A stretch of 64,000 bases of DNA from an uncultured Spirochaetota bacterium (lineage in GTDB: Bacteria; Spirochaetota; Spirochaetia; SZUA-6; CAVTHK01), in contig CAVTHK010000011.1 of NCBI GenBank assembly GCA_963734495.1, positions 512,001-576,000 of the forward strand, written 5' to 3'. A program made the position numbers and the translations under genes. This document shows, in pieces, positions 50,354-59,555 of this stretch (within the stretch, counting starts at the first letter, position 1; each line of letters opens with the position of its first letter). Below the pieces are notes generated by a model. That model saw nothing but the letters and a program-made list of their open reading frames with translations. It was not told where the DNA came from and ran no database searches.

Positions 50354-50974
50354 ATGAGACTGATGAAGAACGTAGCGGTTTCGCCTCTGGCTGCAACAGC
50401 TCTGTGCGCGCTGCTGCTCGGCCTGGCTCCCGGGCTCGGAGCTCAGGAGCAGCAGGAAAAGCCGCCATGGCTCGCGATCGGCCCGCGCATCGGGGTCACG
50501 GGCGTCGTGACGCCTCAGTGGAGGTTCGACAGACAGATCCAGCAGATCCGCTCGCGCGACTCCATGTACTTTCCGGTGTACAGCGAGATCGGCCTCAACC
50601 TGGATGAGCGCATCCGGCTCGATGCGTCGGGCTCCGCGCTGATCTTCCGGCAGACCGTGCTCGCGGGGGGGCTTGATCAGAACGTCCTGCTGCCCTCGCT
50701 CGCGGGGCTCGTGGGGATCGGCACCGGCTTCGGGCTGGAGGCACTCGTGGGTCCGGAGCTCAGCCTGCACGCCTCGACCGGGGACCCCAGGTACGTGGCC
50801 TCGCTCGCCGTGGCTGTGGGATGGGTGTTTCGGGCCTGGGACAGGCCGGTGCCGCTGACTCTGGTGGTCGTGCCGCTGTCCGTCGACTGGGAGCCCAGAA
50901 TCACGCTACTCGCGGGCATCGACCTTCCGATCAGGATTCGCATCCCCAGGGAGAAGCCGGCCTTCAATTATTGA
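50354..50974 (+). CDS. Hypothetical secreted / small outer-membrane beta-strand protein
   Basis: Signal peptide and alternating hydrophobic strands (IGPRIGVTG, VGPELS, LAVAVGW). Confidence 0.6.
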   Translation: MRLMKNVAVSPLAATALCALLLGLAPGLGAQEQQEKPPWLAIGPRIGVTGVVTPQWRFDRQIQQIRSRDSMYFPVYSEIGLNLDERIRLDASGSALIFRQTVLAGGLDQNVLLPSLAGLVGIGTGFGLEALVGPELSLHASTGDPRYVASLAVAVGWVFRAWDRPVPLTLVVVPLSVDWEPRITLLAGIDLPIRIRIPREKPAFNY

Positions 50975-51150
50975 GAGCCTTCCCTGCCAGGCCCGGATCC
51001 GCACAGCCGGGGCTGTCTTTGCCCGCGCCGTCGAGAGTGGGGCCGGCGGAGCGAGATTCGAGCATGCGACGCCCGGGGCACCGGTCAAACTTCAGTTTTG
51101 ACTTCGCATGGCGGATGAGCGAGAATTCGGCGCACAGAGGAGGGTCTCGC

Positions 51151-52126
51151 ATGAAAAAGGTTGTCGCCGTTCTGCTGGCGCTGGCGGTCGTCGTCTCGTT
51201 CGCGAGCTGCGCCAGAGAAGGCTCCGAAGAAGATCACCTTCGCCTACATGTCCGGGATCGAAGATCCGTTCATGCACATGATCGAGAAGGGCGCCAGGGC
51301 CAAGGCCCAGGAGCTGGGTGTGGAGGTCCTCACCGCGGAGTACCCCAAGGCCTGGGGCCCGGAGATCCAGGTCCCGATCCTCGAAGCCCTCTCCGCGCGC
51401 GGCGGCTTTGATTTCCTCATCGTGGTCCCCACCTCGACCAAGGCCCTGGTCGCGCCGCTCAAGAAGATCAGCGACAAGGGCATCCCGATGGTCACCACGG
51501 ACACCTACCTCGGCGACGGCGACTACTCCAAGGCGAGCGACTATTCGTTCCCGCTGGCCTACATCGGCACGGACAACGAGCTCGGCGGCTACGAGGTCGG
51601 CAAGCGGCTGGCTGACATGGTCGGCAAGAAGGGGAAAGTCTACATGAACACGACGAACCCCGACGTGTCGAGCGTCAGCGGGAGACGCGACGGGTTCCTC
51701 CGCGCGATCAAGGAGTACCCCGAAATCAAGGTCGTCGCCGTCGACTACAACCTGGACGTGCAGGAGACCGCGCAGAGACAGACCGCGGCCATCCTGCAGG
51801 CCAACCCGGACCTGAAGGGCATCTTCGGCACGAACCTCTTCAGCGCCCAGGGCGCCTACCAGGCGGTGGTCAACGCGGGGCTCACGGGAGCGGTCAAGAT
51901 CGCCTCCTGGGACGCCACGGTCGACCTCATCGGCGCGCTCAAGGCCGGCAAGGTGGACCTCGTCCTCGCGCAGAAGCCGTTCGAGATCGGCTCCCTTGCC
52001 GTGGATTGGGGCTACAAGTACCTGACGCAGAAGGCCCAGGTCCCCAAGAGGATCGTGCCTGGCTTCTTCTTCTTCACCAAGGACAACGTCGACAGCCCGG
52101 ACGCTCAGCAGTACATCTACAAGTAG
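51151..52126 (+). CDS. RbsB-like sugar-binding lipoprotein; frameshift near 51215
   Basis: MKKVVAVLLALAVVVSFASC lipobox in one frame; YIGTDNELGG...LAQKPFEIG in the next. Confidence 0.85.
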
Positions 52127-52142
52127 AGCCGGCGTCAGGAGG

Positions 52143-52179
52143 ACAGACGGCCGCGCGAGCGGCCGTCTGTGTTTGTTTG
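52143..52179 (+). terminator. Intrinsic terminator-like hairpin
   Basis: ACAGACGGCCGC-GCGA-GCGGCCGTCTGT then GTTTGTTTG. Confidence 0.7.
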
Positions 52180-52212
52180 TGCGCCGCGGGGGCGGATGCT
52201 ATAGTGGCATCC

Positions 52213-53287
52213 ATGGCGGCGCTCTCCCCGGCACAGCGCTGGGTCTCCCGGGTCGGCGAACGATGGGCCGTCCTCTTCCTGATCCTGCTCGTCGTGGTGT
52301 TCAGCCTGGTCGACTCGCACTTTTTCGCCTTCAGGAATTTCAACAACATCCTGTATTTCTCGACGACCTACCTCCTGCTGGCGGTCGGCGAGACGTTCGT
52401 GATCGTCTCCGGCGGGATCGACCTCTCGGTCGGCTTCGTCATGGGCTTCGTGGGCGTCGTCTCTGCGATGGTCATGCGCGACCTGCACGCGGCCGGGTGG
52501 CCTCAAGGCGCGAGCATGATGCTGGGCGCCGGCGTCGGGCTCGCGCTCGGCTTGATCCCCGGCCTGCGTCAACGGCGTGCTCGTGGCGCGGCTGCGCGTG
52601 CCGCCGTTCATCGCCACCCTCGGCACCTACGGGGTGGCCAACGGCGTGGCCCTCAACCTCTCCAAGGGCTTCCCCATCACGTTCCTTCCCCCGAGGGCCG
52701 GCGAGATCGGGAACAGCTTTCTCGCGTATGTCCTGCCCGGCCGGGAGTTCCGGTTCTTCCGCAGGCCCGAAGGGATCATGAATGACCAGCTCCGCAACCT
52801 GGTCGGGATCCTGCCGGGTACCGTGATCGTGACCGCCGCCGTCGTCGGGGTGTTCGCGTTCGTGCTCGGCCGCACGCGCTTCGGCCAGCACACCTACGCG
52901 ATCGGCGGCAGCCAGGACGCGGCCATCAGGGCCGGGATCGACGTGCCCGGACACCTGATGCGCATCTACCTGATCTCGTCGTTCCTTGCCTCGTTCGCCG
53001 GCGTTCTGTACGTGTTCCGCTCCGGCGTCGGGAACTTCACCACCATGAGCGCCTCGTACGAGCTGTTCGCGATCGCAGCCGTGGTCATCGGGGGCGCGAG
53101 CCTGTTCGGCGGCAAAGGCGGAATCGGCGGGACGACCGTCGGGATACTGATCCTGCTGACTCTGGAGAACGGGCTGACGATCACGGGGATCCCGGCCTTC
53201 TACCGCTACATCGCCACCGGCGTCATCCTGATCGCGGCCGTCGTCATCGACCAGGTCGCGCCTGAGCGCGAGGCCCGCGGTGAGTAG
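52213..53287 (+). CDS. RbsC-like ABC permease; frameshift near 52565
   Basis: GETFVIVSGGIDLSVG, VPPFIATLG, IAAVVIGGASLFGG. Confidence 0.85.
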
Positions 53288-54422
53288 CCCGTCGAGCCCC
53301 GCCGCGGGAACCGCGGTCGGGCGCGGGCCCGCGGCCGCGCGAGAGCATCCCGGTGGTCCCGCGCGCGCCTACGCGTGGATCGGCCGGAACTGGGCATTCC
53401 TCTTCCTGCTGCTCGAGGTCGTGATCTTCGGCGTTCTCGGGAGGCGGTTCTTCGGGCTCGAGAACCTTCAGAATATCCTGGTCGCTTCCACGGCGGTGCT
53501 CCTGATGGCCGTCGGCGAGACCTTCGTGATCATCACGGGCGGGATCGACCTCTCCGTGGGGTTCGTGATGGGCTTCGCCGCCGTGAACTGCGCCAAGGCC
53601 ATCGTGTTCTTCGAGTCGATCGGCGTCCCCGACGGAGGCGCGATCCTCCTCGGCTCGAGCGCGGCGCTCCTTGTCGGGCTGATCCCCGGGCTGGTCAACG
53701 GGACGCTGATCGCCCGCCTGAGCGTGCCGCCCTTCCTCGCGACGTTCGGCATGTACGGCATCGCTTACGGCTTTTCGGAGATCCTCTCGAAGAACACGCC
53801 GATCTCGGTGCTGTCGCCGCTCGCCGGGCTCATCGGCAACGAGTACATGCTCTACGTGCTTCCGGGCAGGGGGCTGTGGCTCTTCTCCAGGCCCGCCGAC
53901 CTGGCGCCGCTGGAGCTGCGCAGGCTGGTCCCGCTGTTCCCGAACATCGTCGTGATCAGCCTGGTCTTTGTCGGCATCTTCGCCTTCGTGCTCGCTCGCA
54001 CGCGCTTCGGGCAGCACACGTACGCCATCGGCGGCAGCCAGGACGCGGCCCTGCGGGCGGGCATCGACGTGCGACGGCACCTGACGCGCATCTATATGCT
54101 GTCGTCGTTCTTCGCGTCGCTGTCCGGGGTCATGTTCGTCCTCAAGTACGTCACCGGCAGGGCCGACGCGGGCAGCGCCCGCATGCTCGACGCTGTCGTC
54201 GCGGTCGTCGTCGGCGGCGCCAGCCTGTACGGCGGCACGGGCAGGATTCGCGGGACGCTGATCGGCGCATTGATCATCGCCACCCTGGAGACGGGGATGG
54301 TGAACCTGAGCGTCCCTTCGCACAACCGCTACATCGCCATCGGTGTGATCCTGGTCATCGCGGTGCTGATCGACCAGTTCTTTCCGGAGCTCGGCCGCAA
54401 GGGGAATAACGGAGGGCGCTGA
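53280..54422 (+). CDS. RbsC-like ABC permease (paralogue of the upstream gene)
   Basis: GGIDLSVG, FGQHTYAIGGSQDAA shared with the upstream permease. Confidence 0.9.
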   Translation: MSSPSSPAAGTAVGRGPAAAREHPGGPARAYAWIGRNWAFLFLLLEVVIFGVLGRRFFGLENLQNILVASTAVLLMAVGETFVIITGGIDLSVGFVMGFAAVNCAKAIVFFESIGVPDGGAILLGSSAALLVGLIPGLVNGTLIARLSVPPFLATFGMYGIAYGFSEILSKNTPISVLSPLAGLIGNEYMLYVLPGRGLWLFSRPADLAPLELRRLVPLFPNIVVISLVFVGIFAFVLARTRFGQHTYAIGGSQDAALRAGIDVRRHLTRIYMLSSFFASLSGVMFVLKYVTGRADAGSARMLDAVVAVVVGGASLYGGTGRIRGTLIGALIIATLETGMVNLSVPSHNRYIAIGVILVIAVLIDQFFPELGRKGNNGGR

Positions 54423-54423
54423 C

Positions 54424-55188
54424 ATGGAACCGACGCTGCGAGTGCGCGGCCTGACCAAACGGTTCGGCGGCCTGACCGCGGTGGACCGCGTGGACCTGGA
54501 AGTGTTCCCCGGCGAGGTCGTCGGCCTGCTCGGCGACAACGGGGCCGGCAAGTCCACGCTCATCAAGATGATCTCCGGCGTCTACCGCCCCGACGAAGGC
54601 GAGATCTTCTTCGAAGGAAAGGAGACAAAGCTGGGCAGTCCGATGAACGCCCTCGAGCTCGGCATCGAGACCCTGTACCAGGACCTGGCCCTGGCGGAGA
54701 ACCTGAACGTCTACTCCAACATCTTTCTCGGACGGGAGAAGACCAGGCCCTTCCTCGGCGTCATCCCGGTGCTCGACCACGACGCGATGCACGCCGAGGC
54801 GAGCAAGGTTCTGAGGCGCCTGGACATCGAGATTCCGTCCCTCCTCAGCCGCATCAAGACGCTCTCGGGCGGCCAGAGGCAGGCCGTGGCCATCTCGCGC
54901 TCGATCTACTGGAACGCCCGGCTCCTGATCATGGACGAGCCCACGGCGGCCCTGGGGGTGGCCGAGCAGAAGAAGGTGCTGGACCTGGTCCGCACCCTGC
55001 GCGCTCAGAGCATCCCGGTGATCATCATCAGCCACCAGCTCTACGACATCTTCTCGGTCTGCGACCGGCTGGTCATCATGAGGCGGGGCGAGAAGGTGGC
55101 GGAGCGGCGGACAAAGGAGACGACGCCGGACGAGGTCGTCGGCTTGATCATCGGATCGGACCTGGCGGAGCGGATCGGCCGAAGCTGA
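54424..55188 (+). CDS. Single-domain sugar ABC ATPase
   Basis: GDNGAGKST, LSGGQRQ, MDEPTAALG. Confidence 0.92.
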   Translation: MEPTLRVRGLTKRFGGLTAVDRVDLEVFPGEVVGLLGDNGAGKSTLIKMISGVYRPDEGEIFFEGKETKLGSPMNALELGIETLYQDLALAENLNVYSNIFLGREKTRPFLGVIPVLDHDAMHAEASKVLRRLDIEIPSLLSRIKTLSGGQRQAVAISRSIYWNARLLIMDEPTAALGVAEQKKVLDLVRTLRAQSIPVIIISHQLYDIFSVCDRLVIMRRGEKVAERRTKETTPDEVVGLIIGSDLAERIGRS

Positions 55189-55203
55189 GCCGGAGGCGCC
55201 GGA

Positions 55204-55560
55204 CTACTCCTCGACGCTTTCGAGGCGGACTTCGATCCGGTCCCAGAGCTTCTGGAGGTTCTCGAGCGATCTGCGCTGCCACTGCAGCGCCCGGTTGCCG
55301 ATGAGGGTCACCGGGGCCCGGTCCATCTTCTTGACGGTCAGCAGGAATTCGCACAGCGTGCTGATCCCCGAGCTGTTGAGGAACTCCAGCCCCGTGAAAT
55401 CGAGCTCCAGGCGGGGCACGCCCGTGTCGTAGGCCGTCAGCAGGAAGTCGCGGATCCTGCCGTACTCCTGCCGGTGCCAGAGCCGAAGCGAGCCTTCGAA
55501 CGAGACTCTGCCCTGTTCATGGTCGAACGAGATCTCGTAGTCTTCGTCGCGGAGCCTCAC
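55204..55560 (-). CDS. STAS-like phospho-acceptor (slr1659 / SiaC-like)
   Basis: FEGSLRL...LDFTGLEFLNSSGI...WQRRSLENL. Confidence 0.75.
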   Translation of the reverse strand: MRLRDEDYEISFDHEQGRVSFEGSLRLWHRQEYGRIRDFLLTAYDTGVPRLELDFTGLEFLNSSGISTLCEFLLTVKKMDRAPVTLIGNRALQWQRRSLENLQKLWDRIEVRLESVEE

Positions 55561-56165
55561 CCGAGGGCCTCCTCCGGAATCAGTCTGACCTGGACGGAGA
55601 CGTTGCCCGTCCCGCGTCCGCCTCCCGGCATGAGCTTCACGCCCAGGCCGACGCGGAAATCATGGACAAGGGTCAGCAGTCCCAGCCGGGACGCGTCTTC
55701 GGGCCGCATCTCCCTCTGAATCGTCTGCAGGTACAGCGCCTCGATGTCCGGGGCGCCGGCCAGGTCCTTGGCCAGCTCCACGAATTGCGCGGCCTGTGTC
55801 TCCCGGGCGGAATTGTCGACCTGCACCACGACCTCGTCGCGCAGCCCGAAAAGGGCGATCTCTATGGCCGAACTCGCCGGCTGCGAGAACTTGACCGCGT
55901 TCTCCACCATCTCATTGAGGATCGTGGAGAGGCTGTTCCGCATGGACCTGGTGTACCGGTACTTGCGCGCGAAGAATCCGGCCACGAAATCCGCGGTCAA
56001 GCCGCAGAGCTGCCAGTGCTCGGCGAGATCCTGCGCGAGGACCGACAGGCGGATGATGCACCGCGACACGGAGGGGGTCTGCCGGTAGGTCCCGGCGACG
56101 GCCAGCGCCTGCGCGGTCGGCAGGCTCCCCCGGGGGCGACGCTTTCCCTTGCTTCGCGTATCCAT
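55557..56165 (-). CDS. GHKL-type Ser/Thr kinase (slr1658 / SiaB-like)
   Basis: LTADFVA.FF, STILNEMVENAVKF (N-box), SRLGLLTLVHDF. Confidence 0.75.
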   Translation of the reverse strand: MDTRSKGKRRPRGSLPTAQALAVAGTYRQTPSVSRCIIRLSVLAQDLAEHWQLCGLTADFVAGFFARKYRYTRSMRNSLSTILNEMVENAVKFSQPASSAIEIALFGLRDEVVVQVDNSARETQAAQFVELAKDLAGAPDIEALYLQTIQREMRPEDASRLGLLTLVHDFRVGLGVKLMPGGGRGTGNVSVQVRLIPEEALG

Positions 56166-56168
56166 GGG

Positions 56169-56831
56169 CTACTCGCGCGCCACCGCGTTGCGCCCGGCCC
56201 ACTTGGCCCGGTAGAGCGCCGTGTCCGCGCGCTGGGTGACCGACTCCACGTTGTCGCCGGGCCCGATTCCGGTCACCCCGAAGCTGCACGTGATGCGCCC
56301 GACCCTCTTGAACGGATGCTCTTCGACGGTCGCGCGGATCCGCTCCGCCAGCCTCTGGGTGTCGTCGCCGTCGGCGGCGGTGAGAATCACGAACTCCTCG
56401 CCGCCCCATCGGGCAAAGATGTCGTCCTGCCGGATGGCGCCGCGGACCACCATGATGAGCTCCACCAGGACGTCGTCGCCCGCCCGGTGGCCGTACTGGT
56501 CGTTGACCTGCTTGAACCGATCGATGTCGAACATGATGAGCGATGTTGCCGCCGGAGGACTGCTGCGCCGTTCGAGGTTGCGGTTGAGCGTGTCGTGGAA
56601 CTTGAGCCGGTTGAAGATCCCGGTCAGCGGGTCGGTGGTCGCCTGAACCGTGGCGACCCGCACCCTCCGGTCAAGCTCGTTCTCGATCAACGTGCCGTGC
56701 TCGACGGTGTTCTGGTAGACGAGCCGCAGCTCGTCGATCTCTTGCCTGAGACGGGCGATCTCCGCTTCCAGACGCTGCACTCGAGCCCGCTCCTGCTGCA
56801 GCTCCATCTGGACATTCTCGATATCCTGCAT
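56169..56831 (-). CDS. Coiled-coil + GGDEF diguanylate cyclase (SiaD-like architecture)
   Basis: DPLTGIFNR, DIDRFKQVNDQYGH, RQDD I-site, GGEEF. Confidence 0.92.
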   Translation of the reverse strand: MQDIENVQMELQQERARVQRLEAEIARLRQEIDELRLVYQNTVEHGTLIENELDRRVRVATVQATTDPLTGIFNRLKFHDTLNRNLERRSSPPAATSLIMFDIDRFKQVNDQYGHRAGDDVLVELIMVVRGAIRQDDIFARWGGEEFVILTAADGDDTQRLAERIRATVEEHPFKRVGRITCSFGVTGIGPGDNVESVTQRADTALYRAKWAGRNAVARE

Positions 56832-56900
56832 CTCCGTCCGGCAAGTCTCCCGCTACTGCGACCCGGCGAGAGGGCTCCAGCCGCCCGTATGGCCGCCGAT

Positions 56901-56928
56901 ATTATACAATATAGGCGCACGCGGTCAA
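56901..56928 (-). promoter_or_regulatory. Promoter TTGACC-N16-TATAAT for the GGDEF operon
   Basis: AT-rich patch in the divergent spacer. An overlapping plus-strand TACAAT lies at 56905-56910. Confidence 0.55.
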
Positions 56929-57079
56929 GGCGGAGGCCATTCCGGAGCATCCCGGGGCCGAAAGAGGGCATCCGGAGCGCTCCGTCGTCGTTGTGTCCGG
57001 GCGACTCGGGGGGCCGGCAGGCTTCCCACCGCCGCGACCGAACGCCGGCAGGCCGCAGGCGCCGGGTGGGGAAGGGTCG

Positions 57080-58564
57080 ATGGCCGAATCGAGCGGCGTG
57101 AAACAGAAAGTCCAGCCGCACGCAACGTTCGAGAGCACGGTCCGGGACCTCATCGGCCAGAATCGGCTGAGGTTCCCGTCCGTGCTCGAGCGGGTCTTCC
57201 GGGCGGACTACTACGAAAAATACGGCGCGATGACCCGGATTGCTCTGGGGATGGCGTTCGCCTTGTACTCGACCTTCGGGCTCCTCGACCGCTTCCTCGC
57301 TCCGGAGGTCTACCGCACCATCTGGCTGATCCGCTTCGGCATCGTCGATCCCATCATGGTCGTCGTCATGGTGCTCAGCTTCTTCCCGTTCTTCCGGTCG
57401 ATCGCGCAGGGGGTCCTGAGCGTGGCCACGCTGCTCGCGGGGCTCGGCATCGTGGCGATGATCATCGTCCTCGGCAACTCGCAGGCCTCCCTCTCGTACT
57501 ACGCCGGCCTGATCCTTGTCCTGATGTGGCTGTACACGTTCCCTCGCATCCGCTTCGGCTACGCCACCCTGGTCGGCTGGCTGATCGTGGTCGCGTACGA
57601 GCTCGTGGCCGTGGTGCATCAGAAGATGCTGGTCGACCCGCGGACGATCGGCATGTTCGTAAACAACAACTTCTTCTTCATCGGCGCCAGCGTCATGGGC
57701 ACGATCGTGAACTACCTGATGGAGGTCTCGGCCCGCCGGGAGTTCCTCCAGACCCAGCTCATCGCCGAGGAACAGGTCCTGCTGGAACGGGAGCGGAACG
57801 AGCTGCGGGACCGCAACACCATGATCAAGCGCGAGCTGGAAATGGCGAGGGCCGTCCAGCAGTCGCTGATACCGCGGGAGTTCCCGTCGGAGTACCTGCA
57901 CGCGATCTACCGCCCGATGGAGGAGGTGGGCGGCGACTACTTCGACATCTTCCGTCTCGACGGCGGACGCAAGATCGGGATCTTCGTGAGCGACGTCTCC
58001 GGCCACGGCGTTCCGGCCGCGCTGATCGCGGCGACGATCAAGGCCGTGCTCTCCGAATCCAGGCGGCTGCAGCAGTCGCCTGGCCGCCTGATGATGCACC
58101 TCAACGACGTGATTTCCCGCCAAACCGAGCACTACTTCGTCACCGCCTTCTACGGGATCTACGACATCGAGGGAAAATCATTCACATGGACCAACGCGGG
58201 ACATCCCCTGCCGCTCCTCTGCCATGGAGGCGCGGTCAGGGAGGTGGTCGCCCCCAAGACGCACGTGCCGCTGGGATTCCTCCCCAACTCGGAGCTGAGC
58301 GAAAAGGGCGAGACCTACGGCGAGTCCCGTATTCGCCTGACGGCCGGGAGCAGGCTCATTCTGTTCACCGACGGCCTCGTCGAAGCCACGCCCAAGGGCG
58401 ACCGGTCCACGCAGTTCGGAGACGTGATCGCCCGCACTGTGGTGCGTCTGGCCGCTCTGGCGCCCAAGGAGTTTCTGCAGGAGCTTCTGAAGGCCGTGAC
58501 CGAGTTCTGCGGCGGGGACGACTTCGCCGACGACATCTGCGCCATCTGCCTCGACATCAAGTGA
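57080..58564 (+). CDS. Membrane PP2C/SpoIIE phosphatase (about 6 TM)
   Basis: TM region with YYAGL and NNNFFF; ELEMARAVQ; VGGDYFD; DVSGHG; FTDGLVEA; DDI. Confidence 0.9.
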   Translation: MAESSGVKQKVQPHATFESTVRDLIGQNRLRFPSVLERVFRADYYEKYGAMTRIALGMAFALYSTFGLLDRFLAPEVYRTIWLIRFGIVDPIMVVVMVLSFFPFFRSIAQGVLSVATLLAGLGIVAMIIVLGNSQASLSYYAGLILVLMWLYTFPRIRFGYATLVGWLIVVAYELVAVVHQKMLVDPRTIGMFVNNNFFFIGASVMGTIVNYLMEVSARREFLQTQLIAEEQVLLERERNELRDRNTMIKRELEMARAVQQSLIPREFPSEYLHAIYRPMEEVGGDYFDIFRLDGGRKIGIFVSDVSGHGVPAALIAATIKAVLSESRRLQQSPGRLMMHLNDVISRQTEHYFVTAFYGIYDIEGKSFTWTNAGHPLPLLCHGGAVREVVAPKTHVPLGFLPNSELSEKGETYGESRIRLTAGSRLILFTDGLVEATPKGDRSTQFGDVIARTVVRLAALAPKEFLQELLKAVTEFCGGDDFADDICAICLDIK

Positions 58565-58684
58565 AAACGGCCTGCTTCCGGCCGTCGCCGTCGATTTCGT
58601 CCTCGTCTCTGAATCGGTCCTGTGGTAGGATGTGAAGGGTGACTGCGGGAACCCGCTGCGCAGGCTGCATAGGCAGGTGAAACA

Positions 58685-59179
58685 GTGACCAAGACATTCA
58701 CCCTGACGGTCGAGCCGCGATGGGAGGCCGTGGACGATGCCAGGCGCAAGAGCATCGGCTTCCTGGACGCGGGCCGCGTCTCCGCCGAGAGGATCCAGGC
58801 GCTGAGCATGGTCGTGTGCGAGCTCCTCGAAAACGGGCTCAAGTACGGCCACTTTCGATCGGATGAGGACAAGCTGACTCTGGAGATCACTCTCAGCCCG
58901 GAGGACGCCACGGTCGAGGTTCTGAATCCTTTCGACGAGGCGGCGCGCAAACATCTGCGGAGGCTGGACCAGACCGTGCAGTGGATCCGGGGATACCAGG
59001 ATCCTTTCCAGGCGTACATCGAGAAGCTCAAGGAAGTGGCCAAGAAGCCGCTGGACGACCAGGAGAGCGGGCTCGGTCTGGTCCGCATCGCTTACGAGGG
59101 CAGGGCCATTCTCGATTTCTTCGTCCCGGAGGACGGCATCCTGAACGTCTCGGCCGTCGCCAGGTTCGGGCAGGAGTAG
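58685..59179 (+). CDS. RsbW/SiaB-like GHKL kinase
   Basis: VVCELLENGLKYG, ESGLGLVRIAYE. Extended -10 TGGTAGGAT at 58623-58631. Confidence 0.75.
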   Translation: MTKTFTLTVEPRWEAVDDARRKSIGFLDAGRVSAERIQALSMVVCELLENGLKYGHFRSDEDKLTLEITLSPEDATVEVLNPFDEAARKHLRRLDQTVQWIRGYQDPFQAYIEKLKEVAKKPLDDQESGLGLVRIAYEGRAILDFFVPEDGILNVSAVARFGQE

Positions 59180-59183
59180 CACC

Positions 59184-59555
59184 GTGGAATCGACCATATC
59201 CCATACGAGCGAAGATCTGACCATCACGCTGTCGGAGAACGAGGCGGTCGTGCTCAAGTGGCTCGGGCGCAGCATGATGAGGAACCCGGGCGGGTTCGTC
59301 ACTCCGATCCTGCTGGACGGGCTCAACGCCTCCACGCGGGCTCAGAAGCGCCTCGTGCTGGACTTTACCGAGCTCGAGTACATGAATTCCTCGACGATCA
59401 CCCCCGTCATCAAGATCCTGGAGAGGGTCCGCCGGGGCAGGAACGAGCTCACGGTGGTCTACAATCGATCCCTGCAGTGGCAGGAGCTGTCCTTCTCGGC
59501 GCTCCGCATCTTCCAGACGGCCGATGGCCGGGTCGCCATCAAGGGAAACGGTTGA
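59184..59555 (+). CDS. STAS / SiaC-like phospho-acceptor
   Basis: LKWLGRS...LDFTELEYMNSSTI...WQELSF. Confidence 0.72.
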   Translation: MESTISHTSEDLTITLSENEAVVLKWLGRSMMRNPGGFVTPILLDGLNASTRAQKRLVLDFTELEYMNSSTITPVIKILERVRRGRNELTVVYNRSLQWQELSFSALRIFQTADGRVAIKGNG

